Shown: positions 9,756 to 19,436 of the stretch, piece by piece
Layout: every line of letters begins with the position of its first letter
How positions within the stretch are numbered: position 1 is the stretch's first letter
Assembly (NCBI GenBank): GCA_964547425.1
Contig: CAZJNH010000002.1
Span: 1,028-65,027 of the forward strand
Source of the DNA: an uncultured Candidatus Saccharibacteria bacterium
Lineage (GTDB): Bacteria > Patescibacteriota > Saccharimonadia > UBA4664 > CAZJNH01
Direction: 5' to 3'
DNA length: 64,000 nucleotides
The notes under the pieces: generated by a model
Told to the model about the DNA's origin: nothing
Database searches by the model: none
The model's input: the letters and a program-made list of their open reading frames with translations, nothing else
Made by a program: the position numbers and the translations under genes

Positions 9756-11201
9756 ATGGAAAAGTTCTATATAACGACGCCGATTTACTACATCAACGAC
9801 GTGCCGCACATCGGGCACGCTTATTCGACGATCGCCGCCGACGCGCTGGCACGCTATCATCGGGACAAGGGCGCCCGGGTTTTGCTGTCGACCGGTGTTG
9901 ATGAAAACGGCCAAAAAACCGTCGATGCCGCCGTCAAAGCTGGAGAAGCCTCAACCGCCAAATACGCCACGACGATGGCCGCGGCCTGGCAAAAGACTTG
10001 GGACTCACTGGGCATTAAATACGACGACTTTATCCGTACTTCGGCCGCTCGCCACGTTACCGCCGTCAACGCTTTTTTCGCCAAGGTGAAAAAAGGCGAT
10101 ATCTACAAAGGCCAATACGAAGGGCTGTACTGCGTTGGCCACGAGGCTTTTATGAAAGAAGACGAGCTGGTCGACGGCAAGTGTCCGGAGCACGGTACCG
10201 CTCCTCAAAAAGTTAAAGAAGAAAACTACTTTTTTAAATTAAGTAATTACCAAAAACCGCTGCTCGATTACATTACCCAAAACCCGACCTTCATTCAGCC
10301 CGAAGCCCGCCGCAACGAAATACTGGCTTTCATCCAAAGTGGGCTCGAGGACTTCAGTATTTCCCGGCAAAAAACGAAGTGGGGCATTCCGTTTCCGGGT
10401 GACCCAAACCAGGTCCTGTACGTCTGGTTCGACGCGCTGATCAATTACTTGACGGTCGCCGGATACCCGGCCGACACCTATGGGCAATGGTGGCCAGCGG
10501 ACCTGCACTTAATCGGCAAAGACATTATTCGTTTCCACTGCGTCTACTGGCCGGCGATGCTCTTAAGCGCCGGATTGCCCCTGCCCAAAGCCGTTTTCGC
10601 TCACGGTTTTTTTACCATCGACGGCCAGAAAATTTCTAAGTCTTTAGGCAACACCATTAGCCCCGGCGAGCTGGCCAAGCAATATGGCATCGACGCCCTG
10701 CGATATTATTTACTGCGTGAAATTCCGTTTGGCGCCGACGGCGATTTTAACCACGCCCGGTTCGAAGTGGTCTACGAGTCGGAGCTCGCCAACGATTTGG
10801 GCAACGCCGTCCAGCGCACGGCATCGATGATCCAGCAGTACTTCAAAGGCGCCATCGGCCCGGTTCCCGAAGTCGTGCACGATACCGGCCCGTACCATAC
10901 CGCCATGGTCGAGTTCAAGCTAGATAAGGCTTTAGCCGAAATTATGGAATTGGTTCGTGGGCTGAACCAATACATCGACGAGGAAAAACCCTGGGAGCTG
11001 GCCAAAACCGATCCCGTGCAATTGCAAGCGGTGCTGGGCCACGCCGTTAGCGACCTACTCGAGGTGTCGGCCATGATTGAACCGTTTATGCCTCAAACTG
11101 CGCTCAAAATTATGAAGATTTTTAAGGGCCCGGTTGTCGATATGAGCGCCGGAGTATTGTTTCCCAAAAAAGAGCGTCCGGCCAAAAAAACCGAGATTTA
11201 A
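9756..11201 (+). CDS. metG: methionine--tRNA ligase (short form)
   Basis: ITTPIYY, HIGH, YVWFDAL, GKDI.RFH, KISKS. Confidence 0.97.
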   Translation: MEKFYITTPIYYINDVPHIGHAYSTIAADALARYHRDKGARVLLSTGVDENGQKTVDAAVKAGEASTAKYATTMAAAWQKTWDSLGIKYDDFIRTSAARHVTAVNAFFAKVKKGDIYKGQYEGLYCVGHEAFMKEDELVDGKCPEHGTAPQKVKEENYFFKLSNYQKPLLDYITQNPTFIQPEARRNEILAFIQSGLEDFSISRQKTKWGIPFPGDPNQVLYVWFDALINYLTVAGYPADTYGQWWPADLHLIGKDIIRFHCVYWPAMLLSAGLPLPKAVFAHGFFTIDGQKISKSLGNTISPGELAKQYGIDALRYYLLREIPFGADGDFNHARFEVVYESELANDLGNAVQRTASMIQQYFKGAIGPVPEVVHDTGPYHTAMVEFKLDKALAEIMELVRGLNQYIDEEKPWELAKTDPVQLQAVLGHAVSDLLEVSAMIEPFMPQTALKIMKIFKGPVVDMSAGVLFPKKERPAKKTEI

Positions 11202-11211
11202 GCCGATCGTC

Positions 11212-11970
11212 ATGCTTATCGATAGCCACGCCCATCTGCATTTTGACCAGTACCGCGACCAGCTCGATGATGTTTTAGAACGATCCAAAGTAGCAGGGGT
11301 GACCAAGATTGTTACCGTGGGTGTGGATGATACCGATAGCCAAGCGGCTGTCGAGCTAGCGGGCCAGCATAATTCTATTTATGCGTCGGTGGGGTTGCAT
11401 CCGCACGAAGCTAAACGGGGCCAGGCGGCGATTGATCGGGTAAAAGCTCTGGCAAAACAACCGAAGGTTGTAGCGATCGGGGAGTGTGGGCTGGATTATT
11501 ACCGCAACCTGTCACCCAAGGATGAGCAGGAAATGGCCCTGCGCCAGCAAATCGAGCTGGCGGGATCTCTTGGGCTTCCAATAATTTTTCATGTCCGCGA
11601 CGCTTTTGCCGACTTCAAACGGATCGTTGCCGACTACCCAGAAGCTAAAGGCATCATTCACAGTTTTAGCGACTCGCCCGAAAACGCGGAGTGGCTAGTG
11701 GGGCGGGGCTTTCTAATCGGATTAAATGGCATTATGACTTTCACTAAGGACGAGGAGCAGTTACGGGCTGCCAAGACTATTCCTCTTGAAAACCTAGTCC
11801 TCGAAACCGATTGTCCATTTTTGTCGCCCGCGCCGAAACGGGGTCAGGTTAATGAACCAGCTAACATCGAGATCATCGCCCGTTTCCTGGCTAGTATCCG
11901 CGGCGAGTCATTCGAAGAGCTAGCCCGTCAAACCACCGCCAACGCCGAAATGCTACTTAAATTGATTTAG
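11212..11970 (+). CDS. tatD: TatD family hydrolase/DNase
   Basis: DSHAH, GLHPH, AIGECGLDY, ETDCPFL. Confidence 0.95.
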   Translation: MLIDSHAHLHFDQYRDQLDDVLERSKVAGVTKIVTVGVDDTDSQAAVELAGQHNSIYASVGLHPHEAKRGQAAIDRVKALAKQPKVVAIGECGLDYYRNLSPKDEQEMALRQQIELAGSLGLPIIFHVRDAFADFKRIVADYPEAKGIIHSFSDSPENAEWLVGRGFLIGLNGIMTFTKDEEQLRAAKTIPLENLVLETDCPFLSPAPKRGQVNEPANIEIIARFLASIRGESFEELARQTTANAEMLLKLI

Positions 11971-11987
11971 GGGTTGAACCCCTAATA
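11967..11987. repeat. REP-like palindrome, left flank of RAYT-1
   Basis: ttaggggt-tga-acccctaa-ta; identical copy at 12525-12545. Confidence 0.85.
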
Positions 11988-12002
11988 TGGTATCCTCGTC
12001 AA

Positions 12003-12557
12003 ATGCCAAGCAAGAATGTGATTCGAGAATTAGCAGCGGGAGAGTATTATCATGTCTTTAATAGGGGTATAGATAAATCTCTCGTCTTTAAAACGAAGAA
12101 TGATTACGGGGTATTTCTTTATTATCTAGAGTCTTTTCTTTCGGACCCTTCGCGCGTTAGCTCATCGAATCCCTACCGAACCAACTATCAAGGCCGGGTA
12201 AGGCTGGTTTGTTATTGCTTAATGCCTAATCATTATCATCTTTTCGTACAGCAAGTAGATGATAATGGCTTACCTGATTTCATGAGGGCATTGGCTAACG
12301 CCTATACGCAATATTTCAATACTACTTACGACAGGGTTGGCCCAGTATTCCAAGGTCGATATAAGGCAGTCCGCATACAGAACGACCCGCACTTTAAAGG
12401 TATTAGTCGGTATATTCACGAGAATCCCAAAGACTTATGTTCTGACTTCCGGAATTATCCATACTCAAGCTATAAGTTTTTTTCTGATAAAGCGCCGGAT
12501 TGGATTCATTTTGGAGAGCTAAAATTAGGGGTTGAACCCCTAATAAAGGCTTTATGA
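12003..12557 (+). mobile_element. REP-associated tyrosine transposase (Y1/HUH, IS200-related), RAYT-1
   Basis: YHVFNRG, YCLMPNHYHL (HUH), FQGRYKA, YIHENP, YPYSSY; flanked by identical palindromes. Confidence 0.9.
12525..12545. repeat. REP-like palindrome, right flank of RAYT-1 (within its last codons)
   Basis: ttaggggttgaacccctaata, same as 11967-11987. Confidence 0.85.
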
Positions 12558-13744
12558 AGCCAGATACACCAGTTTATTTAGATTACGCCGCGGCTACAAC
12601 GCTTGACTCAACGGTCTTAAAAGCGATGCGGCCTTTCCTGAGCGACCGGTTTTACAATCCATCCAGCCTGTATCGAGCGGCGCGAGAGGTTAAAAAAGAG
12701 GTCGAAGCTGCCCGAGCCAGAGTCGCGGCCATATTAGGGGCCAAGCCGACCGAAATTATTTTTACCTCCGGCGCGACCGAAAGCGTTAATCTGGCGATCC
12801 TAGGCACGTCACGCAATTATCCAAAATCCAAAATCCTGGCTTTAGCCACCGAACATCACGCGGTGTTAAATTCGCTCGATGCTTTACATGGCGAAGGTTT
12901 TAAAACGGAGCTAATCCCCGTAGATGCCAAAGGGCGGATCGATTTAGACGCCCTCGAAAAATTAATCGATGACCAAACACTCCTCGTTAGCGTGGCCTAT
13001 GCTAATAACGAGACTGGGACTATTCAGTCTATTAGCCAGATTGCCCAGCTCATTAAAAAGCATCGACTGGCCCGCCAAAAAAGAGGTATCGATTTGCCGC
13101 TATATTTTCATACTGATGCCTCTGCGGCAGCTGCATATTTGCCGTTAAGCGTTGAGAGGCTTGGGGTTGACCTGTTGAGCCTCGGTGGCGGCAAAATCTA
13201 CGGGCCGCCGGGGTCAGGGATTTTATATGCGCGTCGCGGCATCGAGCTTAAACCCTTAACTTACGGTGGCGGGCAGGAAAAAGGCCGGCGATCGGGGACC
13301 GAAGGAGCTGCATTGATTATCGGTTTGGCGGCAGCCCTGGAGCTGACACAAGAACTGCGCCAGCTCGAGGGTGATCGCTTAATGAAACTTCGTGATCTAG
13401 CGATCAGTCGATTGCGCGAAGTCGAGGGCATCGAAATCAATGGCGACCTCAAACACCGGCTGCCAAATAACCTTAATTTTTCCGTTGACGGAACCGACGG
13501 AGAAAGTTTGGTTTTGTATCTGGATGAAGCTGGAGTGCAGGTATCAACCGGCGCCGCCTGCACTACCTCCTCCGCTGAACCTTCTCACGTTTTGTTGGCG
13601 CTGGGGCTATCAAAAGAGCAGGCAAACTCTAATTTAAGGGTGACAATGGGCAGGGGAACAACCGCGGATGATATTGAGTATTTCATCGAAGCTTTGGCCA
13701 AAACGGCCAAGCGGCTAAGAGAAATTGATAGAATAGAGCGATGA
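12554..13744 (+). CDS. iscS: cysteine desulfurase (IscS/NifS type)
   Basis: YLDYAATT, FTSGATES, EHHAV, NNETG, K.YGPPG, GGGQE, STGAAC. Confidence 0.93.
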   Translation: MKPDTPVYLDYAAATTLDSTVLKAMRPFLSDRFYNPSSLYRAAREVKKEVEAARARVAAILGAKPTEIIFTSGATESVNLAILGTSRNYPKSKILALATEHHAVLNSLDALHGEGFKTELIPVDAKGRIDLDALEKLIDDQTLLVSVAYANNETGTIQSISQIAQLIKKHRLARQKRGIDLPLYFHTDASAAAAYLPLSVERLGVDLLSLGGGKIYGPPGSGILYARRGIELKPLTYGGGQEKGRRSGTEGAALIIGLAAALELTQELRQLEGDRLMKLRDLAISRLREVEGIEINGDLKHRLPNNLNFSVDGTDGESLVLYLDEAGVQVSTGAACTTSSAEPSHVLLALGLSKEQANSNLRVTMGRGTTADDIEYFIEALAKTAKRLREIDRIER

Positions 13745-14325
13745 AGGGTTTTTTGGCTTTAGGCGCGGCTATAGTCCTGACTCTGGCTGCCATAGTATTT
13801 TTTGGCATCGGCTTTTATCTGTCGCCCCAAAGTAAACTCGAGCACGCCGACGCGATCGTGGCGATTAGCGGCGGAGAAACCGATTCGCGAGTTAGTGAAG
13901 CGGTCAAACTTTATAAAGATGGCTGGTCGCACCAGCTGATTTTCTCCGGGGCGGCGCGGGACACCAGCGGGCCTTCCAACGCGTCAGCGATGCGGCGGGA
14001 AGCCGTTAACCTGGGCGTACCGACTACCGACATCACAATCGAAGAAAAATCTACGAGTACCAAGCAAAACGCCGAGTACGTCGGCAGCATCATTAAAGAA
14101 CGAGGTTACAGCAGTATCATTCTGGTTACTTCGCCTTACCACCAGCGGCGGGCCAATCTGGCGTTTCACAAATCGTTGGGCAAAGGCGTGCGAATTATCA
14201 ACCACTCGGCGGTCGACAAAAACTGGCGGCGCTCGAGATGGTGGGCCAATCCGCGCAGTTTCGCTTTGACGGTGGCGGAATTAGCCAAAAACCTGTTTGT
14301 AATAGTGGGCGGTAACCCGGCCTAA
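13741..14325 (+). CDS. YdcF/ElyC (DUF218) family protein
   Basis: ADAIVAISGG, LIFSG, EEKSTST..NA, LVTSPYH..RA. Confidence 0.88.
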   Translation: MKGFLALGAAIVLTLAAIVFFGIGFYLSPQSKLEHADAIVAISGGETDSRVSEAVKLYKDGWSHQLIFSGAARDTSGPSNASAMRREAVNLGVPTTDITIEEKSTSTKQNAEYVGSIIKERGYSSIILVTSPYHQRRANLAFHKSLGKGVRIINHSAVDKNWRRSRWWANPRSFALTVAELAKNLFVIVGGNPA

Positions 14326-15287
14326 TGCCTTTCGTCATTTCATTAATCCTGATAGTTATCCTGGCGCTATCCGCCGTGCGCGGCTGGCGATTAGGGCTAG
14401 AGGTATTGGCGGTAGATTTAGGCGGTCTTTTGCTGGCAACGGCAGCCGCCAGCTTAACTTACCTCTTGGTCGCGCGGCTGTTGGCCAAGGTTGGCTCAAT
14501 CCCGGCGGCGTTTGCCAGCTTAGCGGCGTTTTTGCTGGTATGGTTTGGCGTAGAGTTTTTATACCGGTTGGGCATCCACCTGATCGTGGTACGCAAAGTG
14601 GCCCACCTGCCGAACAGCCCTAGTACCGGAAACCGGCTTGGCGGCGCGGCCCTTGGCCTGATGCAAATGTTGCTGGTCGCCTCGCTAAGTCTAATGGTGC
14701 TATTGGCTCTGCCGCTGGGAGGGAACTTTAAAGATAATCTCGGCAAAGCTTTTGTCTCGCGGCAGCTGATCGCGGCCGGTAGCCGTTACCAACAGCAAGT
14801 TAATAACGTCGTCTCAGACCTATCAGAAACGCTCACCTTCTTGACCGTTAAGCCGAAGGGCGAAGAAAGCATTAAGCTCGGTTTCACTACTACGTCGGTG
14901 AGCGTCGATGAGTCGGCTGAGTTGTCGATGCTGGACTTGGTTAACCACGAACGCACCAGCCGGGGATTACAGCCGCTAGTGATGGACGATCAGATCAGAG
15001 AGATCGCCCGCGCGCACTCAAAAGATATGTTTGCCCGGGGTTATTTTTCGCACGTCACCCCCGAAGGATTAGACCCATTCGACCGGATGAGGGCGGGAGG
15101 TATCAAGTTTTTTGCGGCCGGTGAAAACCTTGCCTTGGCTCCTACGCTAGACTTGGCCCACGCCGGGCTGATGAATTCGCCGGGACACCGCGCTAATATT
15201 CTAGAGTCATCGTTCCACCGCGTCGGTATCGGCGTTATCGACGGCGGCATTTACGGCAAAATGTTCACCCAGGACTTTGCCGACTAG
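14325..15287 (+). CDS. CvpA-like membrane domain fused to CAP/SCP domain
   Basis: GWRLG..NRLGGAALG TM region; VNHER, AHSKDM, YFSH, GENLA, MNSPGHRANIL. Confidence 0.88.
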   Translation: MPFVISLILIVILALSAVRGWRLGLEVLAVDLGGLLLATAAASLTYLLVARLLAKVGSIPAAFASLAAFLLVWFGVEFLYRLGIHLIVVRKVAHLPNSPSTGNRLGGAALGLMQMLLVASLSLMVLLALPLGGNFKDNLGKAFVSRQLIAAGSRYQQQVNNVVSDLSETLTFLTVKPKGEESIKLGFTTTSVSVDESAELSMLDLVNHERTSRGLQPLVMDDQIREIARAHSKDMFARGYFSHVTPEGLDPFDRMRAGGIKFFAAGENLALAPTLDLAHAGLMNSPGHRANILESSFHRVGIGVIDGGIYGKMFTQDFAD

Positions 15288-15661
15288 CAAAGGTAGGCAT
15301 TCCAGGTGGAACTGCCGCTTGAGACGTGAACCTGCAATGTTGAGCTTGCTCCAGCCGCGTACCTGAACGAGCCGCTGCCGGTACCGAAACTATACCCCAC
15401 GGCAGAACCGGAATTGTAAAGTTTCCAGGACCCGCGAGTGTTGGCTTTGGTGTTCCAGTTGGCGCAAACGTGTGTTTTGCTAGCGTTTCTAAAGCCATGA
15501 GTCCAGGTTACCCCGGCATTGATGACAACTCCGCCTGACGCGAAAGTAGTAATTAATAAGCCGACCCCCAGAAGTAGTGCGAGTGCAAAAATTGAAACTC
15601 CGACGACCTTTTTGGGGATGCTCGGACGTTTAATTAATCCGTTTATGCCTTTTTTCGCCAA
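15284..15661 (-). CDS. small secreted hypothetical protein
   Basis: Lys-rich n-region, hydrophobic h-region ending TFA; SD AGGAG upstream of TTG. Confidence 0.6.
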   Translation of the reverse strand: MAKKGINGLIKRPSIPKKVVGVSIFALALLLGVGLLITTFASGGVVINAGVTWTHGFRNASKTHVCANWNTKANTRGSWKLYNSGSAVGYSFGTGSGSFRYAAGASSTLQVHVSSGSSTWNAYLC

Positions 15662-15776
15662 AAATATCTCCTTTTTTTGTTTTTGAAATTAATGCTTATG
15701 CTTTAGATTAACGGCCGTAACAGGGGAAGTCAATGTTGTCGACAGGTGTAGGCCAGGGCGGTAAAATAACTAGCTG

Positions 15777-16823
15777 ATGAAGACAGTTTACGTTGGATTA
15801 TCCGGAGGGGTCGACAGCTCGGTGGCCGCGGCGCTTCTGCTGCAGCAAGGTTACCGGGTGGTTGGCGTATATATGAAAAACTGGACCGCTTCGGTCGGAG
15901 GCGTCGATTGCCCTTGGCAGCAGGACCTAACCGACGCACGGGCTGCCGCGGCAAAACTCGATATTCCGTTCAAGGTTTTTGATTTCCAGGAGCAGTATCG
16001 CGACAGGGTGGTCGAATATATGATCGAGGGCTATAAAAGCGGCCAAACGCCTAATCCCGACATTATGTGCAACCAGGAGATCAAATTTAAGTTGTTTTTG
16101 GATGCCGCATTGGCCGACGGGGCCGATCTAATCGCCACCGGCCACTACGCTCGGCTCAAAGACGGCCAATTGCTCAAAGCCGTCGATGAGTCAAAGGACC
16201 AAACTTACTTCCTTTATAGAGTCACCAAGCACGCACTCGAGAAAACTTTGATGCCGATCGGTGAGCTGCGCAAAACCGAAGTACGAAAATTAGCTAAACA
16301 ATTTAATTTGCCGACCGCCGATAAACCCGATTCGCAAGGCATTTGTTTTATTGGAGAGGTCAGTATTAAAGATTTCCTGTCGGAGTACGTTAAGGCCAAG
16401 CCCGGTTCGATTATGCTCGGTGATGAGGTAATAGGCGAACATCATGGCGCAATTTTCTACACCATCGGCCAGCGCCACGGTTTGCATCTGGGAATCGGCA
16501 AGCCGCTGTGGGTGATTGGCAAGGATATGAAATCCAATACCGTTTTAGTCACCGACAAACCTCAAGATCTGGAGTTGTTCACCAAAGAGTTCGTAATTGA
16601 AGACATCCATTGGATCGACGAAGAGCCGGTTTCCGGTAATAAATATCAGGTTCATACCCGTTATCGAGACGAACTTAAAGATTGTGAGATCGATGGCAGC
16701 ACTATCAAGATGAACCGGACTGAGAGAGCGGTGACCCCCGGGCAATCGGCGGTGATTTATGACGGTGAAAAAGTCCTGGGCGGTGGCGTGATTACCGTAA
16801 AACGCTTAGCTAAAGTAAAATAA
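15777..16823 (+). CDS. mnmA: tRNA 2-thiouridylase
   Basis: SGGVDSS, TPNPDIMCN, ATGHYA, KDQTYFL, DSQGICF, YTIGQR, TPGQ. Confidence 0.97.
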   Translation: MKTVYVGLSGGVDSSVAAALLLQQGYRVVGVYMKNWTASVGGVDCPWQQDLTDARAAAAKLDIPFKVFDFQEQYRDRVVEYMIEGYKSGQTPNPDIMCNQEIKFKLFLDAALADGADLIATGHYARLKDGQLLKAVDESKDQTYFLYRVTKHALEKTLMPIGELRKTEVRKLAKQFNLPTADKPDSQGICFIGEVSIKDFLSEYVKAKPGSIMLGDEVIGEHHGAIFYTIGQRHGLHLGIGKPLWVIGKDMKSNTVLVTDKPQDLELFTKEFVIEDIHWIDEEPVSGNKYQVHTRYRDELKDCEIDGSTIKMNRTERAVTPGQSAVIYDGEKVLGGGVITVKRLAKVK

Positions 16824-16828
16824 GGCTA

Positions 16829-18631
16829 ATGACTACCAACGAATTGCGGTCGAAATATCTGGAGTTTTTTAAATCCAAAAGGCACACCATCATCCCTTCA
16901 GCGCCGATAGTGCCGGAGCATGATCCGACGACGCTGTTTAACAGCGCCGGCATGCAGCCATTGGTTCCGAATTTGCTGGGCGAGCCCCATCCTGCAGGCA
17001 AACGAATCGCCGACGTCCAGAAATGTTTGCGCACCACCGACATCGACGAGGTTGGGGACGAAACCCACCTAACAATGTTTGAGATGCTGGGCAACTGGAG
17101 CTTTGGCGATTACTTCAAAAAAGAGTCGATCGCGATGAGCTGGGAGTTTTTGACCGACCCAAAGTGGCTGGGGATTGATCCGAAAAAGCTATATATCACA
17201 GTTTATGAAGGTGACGCGGAGGTGCCTAAGGATTCTGAATCGGTTGAGTATTGGCAGGAACATTTTAAGTCCGTCGGTATGGACGCCAAAGAAGGGGAGC
17301 GGATCATTGCGCTGGGCAAGGACGACAACTGGTGGGAGCAGGGCGGGGTAGAGACTGGTCCCGCGGGTCCAGATACTGAAATTTTTTATTACCTGGGAGA
17401 TGAGGAAAATCCAAAGTTCGAGTATGCGGACCAATCCAAGTACGTCGAAATTTGGAATAACGTCTTTTTAACCTATCAGCGCCAAAAAGAGGGCGGCTAC
17501 AAAGAGCTGGAACAGAAAAACGTCGATACCGGTATGGGAGTTGAGCGTACCGCCGCCGCTTTGGAGGGAGTTAAAACCGTCTACGACACCGATCTACTGA
17601 GTCAAATCGGCTATACAATCACCGGACTAGCTAGCGAGGAGTTTGACCAAGTATTCCTTGAGACCGATCAAAACATGGGCAGGGCGATTCGGATTATCAC
17701 CGACCATCTGCGGGCAGCCACTTTCTTGGCGGCGGATGGAGTCCAACCCAGCAACACCGAGCAAGGCTACGTTATGCGACGGCTAATGCGCCGGGCGATT
17801 CGCCAGGGACTGGTGCTTGGGATTAAATCCGGCTTGAGCGAGACCGTCGGCGTTAAAGTAATCGAATTATACGGCGAGGTTTATTCGGAATTAACAGATC
17901 AGCAGAACCTCATTTTGGACATTCTCACAAAGGAAGAAGAACAGTTTAGAAAAACGCTGGATCGCGGGGTGCGTGAGTTCACCCGGGAGGTCAAAGATAA
18001 ACTAACCGGCGAAACCGCCTTTCGGTTGTTTGATACGTATGGCTTCCCCCCGGAGTTGTCGGTCGAGGATGCTAAACGGTTAAATATTCCGATTGATCCG
18101 AACTGGGACGAAGATTTTCAGCGGCTGATGAATGAGCAAAAAGAACGCTCGCGGACCGCGACCGCCGGCGTCTTTAAGGGTGGCCTAGCCGATCATTCTG
18201 AGCAGGTGACCAAGTACCACACCGCTAATCATTTGATGTACGCGGCGCTTCGACACGTACTCGGCAATCATGTTATTCAGCGAGGCTCGAACATCACCGA
18301 AGAAAGATTAAGGTTTGATTTTTCACATACCGAAAAAGTCACGCCCGAACAACTCAAAGAAGTTGAAGAGATCGTTAACCACCAGATTCATCGCGATTTG
18401 CCGGTGACGATGGAGGAATTACCAACCCAAGATGCCTTTGCGGCTGGCGCCATCGGTGCGTTTGGCGATAAATACGGCGACACCGTGAAGGTCTACACTA
18501 TCGGCGACTTTAGCAAAGAAATCTGCGGCGGCCCGCACGTAGAACAAACCGGCGTCCTTGGCCACTTCAAAATAACCAAAGAAGAATCCTCCTCTGCCGG
18601 CGTCCGCCGCATCAAAGCCACCCTAGCCTAA
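16829..18631 (+). CDS. alaS: alanine--tRNA ligase (lacks C-Ala domain)
   Basis: LFNSAGMQ, FEMLGNWSFGDYFK, DTGMG.ER, DHLRA, HTANH, CGGPHV, GVRRI. Confidence 0.97.
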   Translation: MTTNELRSKYLEFFKSKRHTIIPSAPIVPEHDPTTLFNSAGMQPLVPNLLGEPHPAGKRIADVQKCLRTTDIDEVGDETHLTMFEMLGNWSFGDYFKKESIAMSWEFLTDPKWLGIDPKKLYITVYEGDAEVPKDSESVEYWQEHFKSVGMDAKEGERIIALGKDDNWWEQGGVETGPAGPDTEIFYYLGDEENPKFEYADQSKYVEIWNNVFLTYQRQKEGGYKELEQKNVDTGMGVERTAAALEGVKTVYDTDLLSQIGYTITGLASEEFDQVFLETDQNMGRAIRIITDHLRAATFLAADGVQPSNTEQGYVMRRLMRRAIRQGLVLGIKSGLSETVGVKVIELYGEVYSELTDQQNLILDILTKEEEQFRKTLDRGVREFTREVKDKLTGETAFRLFDTYGFPPELSVEDAKRLNIPIDPNWDEDFQRLMNEQKERSRTATAGVFKGGLADHSEQVTKYHTANHLMYAALRHVLGNHVIQRGSNITEERLRFDFSHTEKVTPEQLKEVEEIVNHQIHRDLPVTMEELPTQDAFAAGAIGAFGDKYGDTVKVYTIGDFSKEICGGPHVEQTGVLGHFKITKEESSSAGVRRIKATLA

Positions 18632-18635
18632 CCCA

Positions 18636-18715
18636 CCTTGTACTTTTCTAACCTGAAAAGGGTTACACCCTTAACAGATAAGCAAATTACATGTTTTTTG
18701 GAAAAATTGACTCAA
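18636..18715. repeat. REP/REPIN-like hairpin, RAYT-2 family copy A
   Basis: cttgta..ctaacctgaaaagggttacacccttaacag..ttacatg followed by aattgactcaaatt; matches flanks of 42850..43461. Confidence 0.85.
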
Positions 18716-18773
18716 ATTAATTAATGAATTGCGGTTGTTTACTTGGGCAAGTAAAGCGGTTATGCTTTTGATT

Positions 18774-19394
18774 ATGAAAATTATCAAAGATCAGCGCGGT
18801 TTCGCTCTTGTCCTCGAGTTTATTCTGGTGGCCGCGGTCGCGCTCGTCATTGGCGCCGTCGGTTATCGGTATTGGCAGAATAAGCATAAGGCTGCCCCAG
18901 TGACAACCGAAAAGAAAGCTGAAGCGCCGAAAGCTGCCCCGAAACCGACCACAATTTCAGAGAGAACGTTTACACTGACCCTACCGGTAGGCTGGAAAGC
19001 GGGTCACGCCAATGATCCCAAGATAGGTAATGGGTACTTCAGGCAGTGCCGAGCAGTGCCGAATGCGGAAGTGCCCGAGTACGACTACTGTTATGAGGAC
19101 AAATCCGGCAACTTCTTTGATGTCTTAGTAGACCCGGGCGGTAGAGAAATCGGGAACGACGTCGTATGGACACTATCCAAGACCACAGCCGGGTTCAAGA
19201 TTGCGTCTGAAAGTAAGATATGTAAGGTGGGAGAATTCACTTGCGAAGCTGGTGATGGGAGGTTCCATATCTATATGCCTGGTGGGTTACATACCGGGCA
19301 TAACTATTTTTTCGAAGCAGGTAATATCGAGAAAGAAACAGGAGTAAGCGACCAGGTATATCGCGACATCCTAGCTAGCTTCAAAGTAAAATAA
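18774..19394 (+). CDS. secreted protein with prepilin-like (class III) N-terminus
   Basis: MKIIKDQRG|FALVLEFILV; ATG 18774 lies 7 nt after TATGCT, with TTTACT 17 bp further upstream. Confidence 0.7.
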   Translation: MKIIKDQRGFALVLEFILVAAVALVIGAVGYRYWQNKHKAAPVTTEKKAEAPKAAPKPTTISERTFTLTLPVGWKAGHANDPKIGNGYFRQCRAVPNAEVPEYDYCYEDKSGNFFDVLVDPGGREIGNDVVWTLSKTTAGFKIASESKICKVGEFTCEAGDGRFHIYMPGGLHTGHNYFFEAGNIEKETGVSDQVYRDILASFKVK

Positions 19395-19436
19395 AGCCCG
19401 CCTAGAAGTTAGGGAGCATAAGCGGTAAAATGGGGG

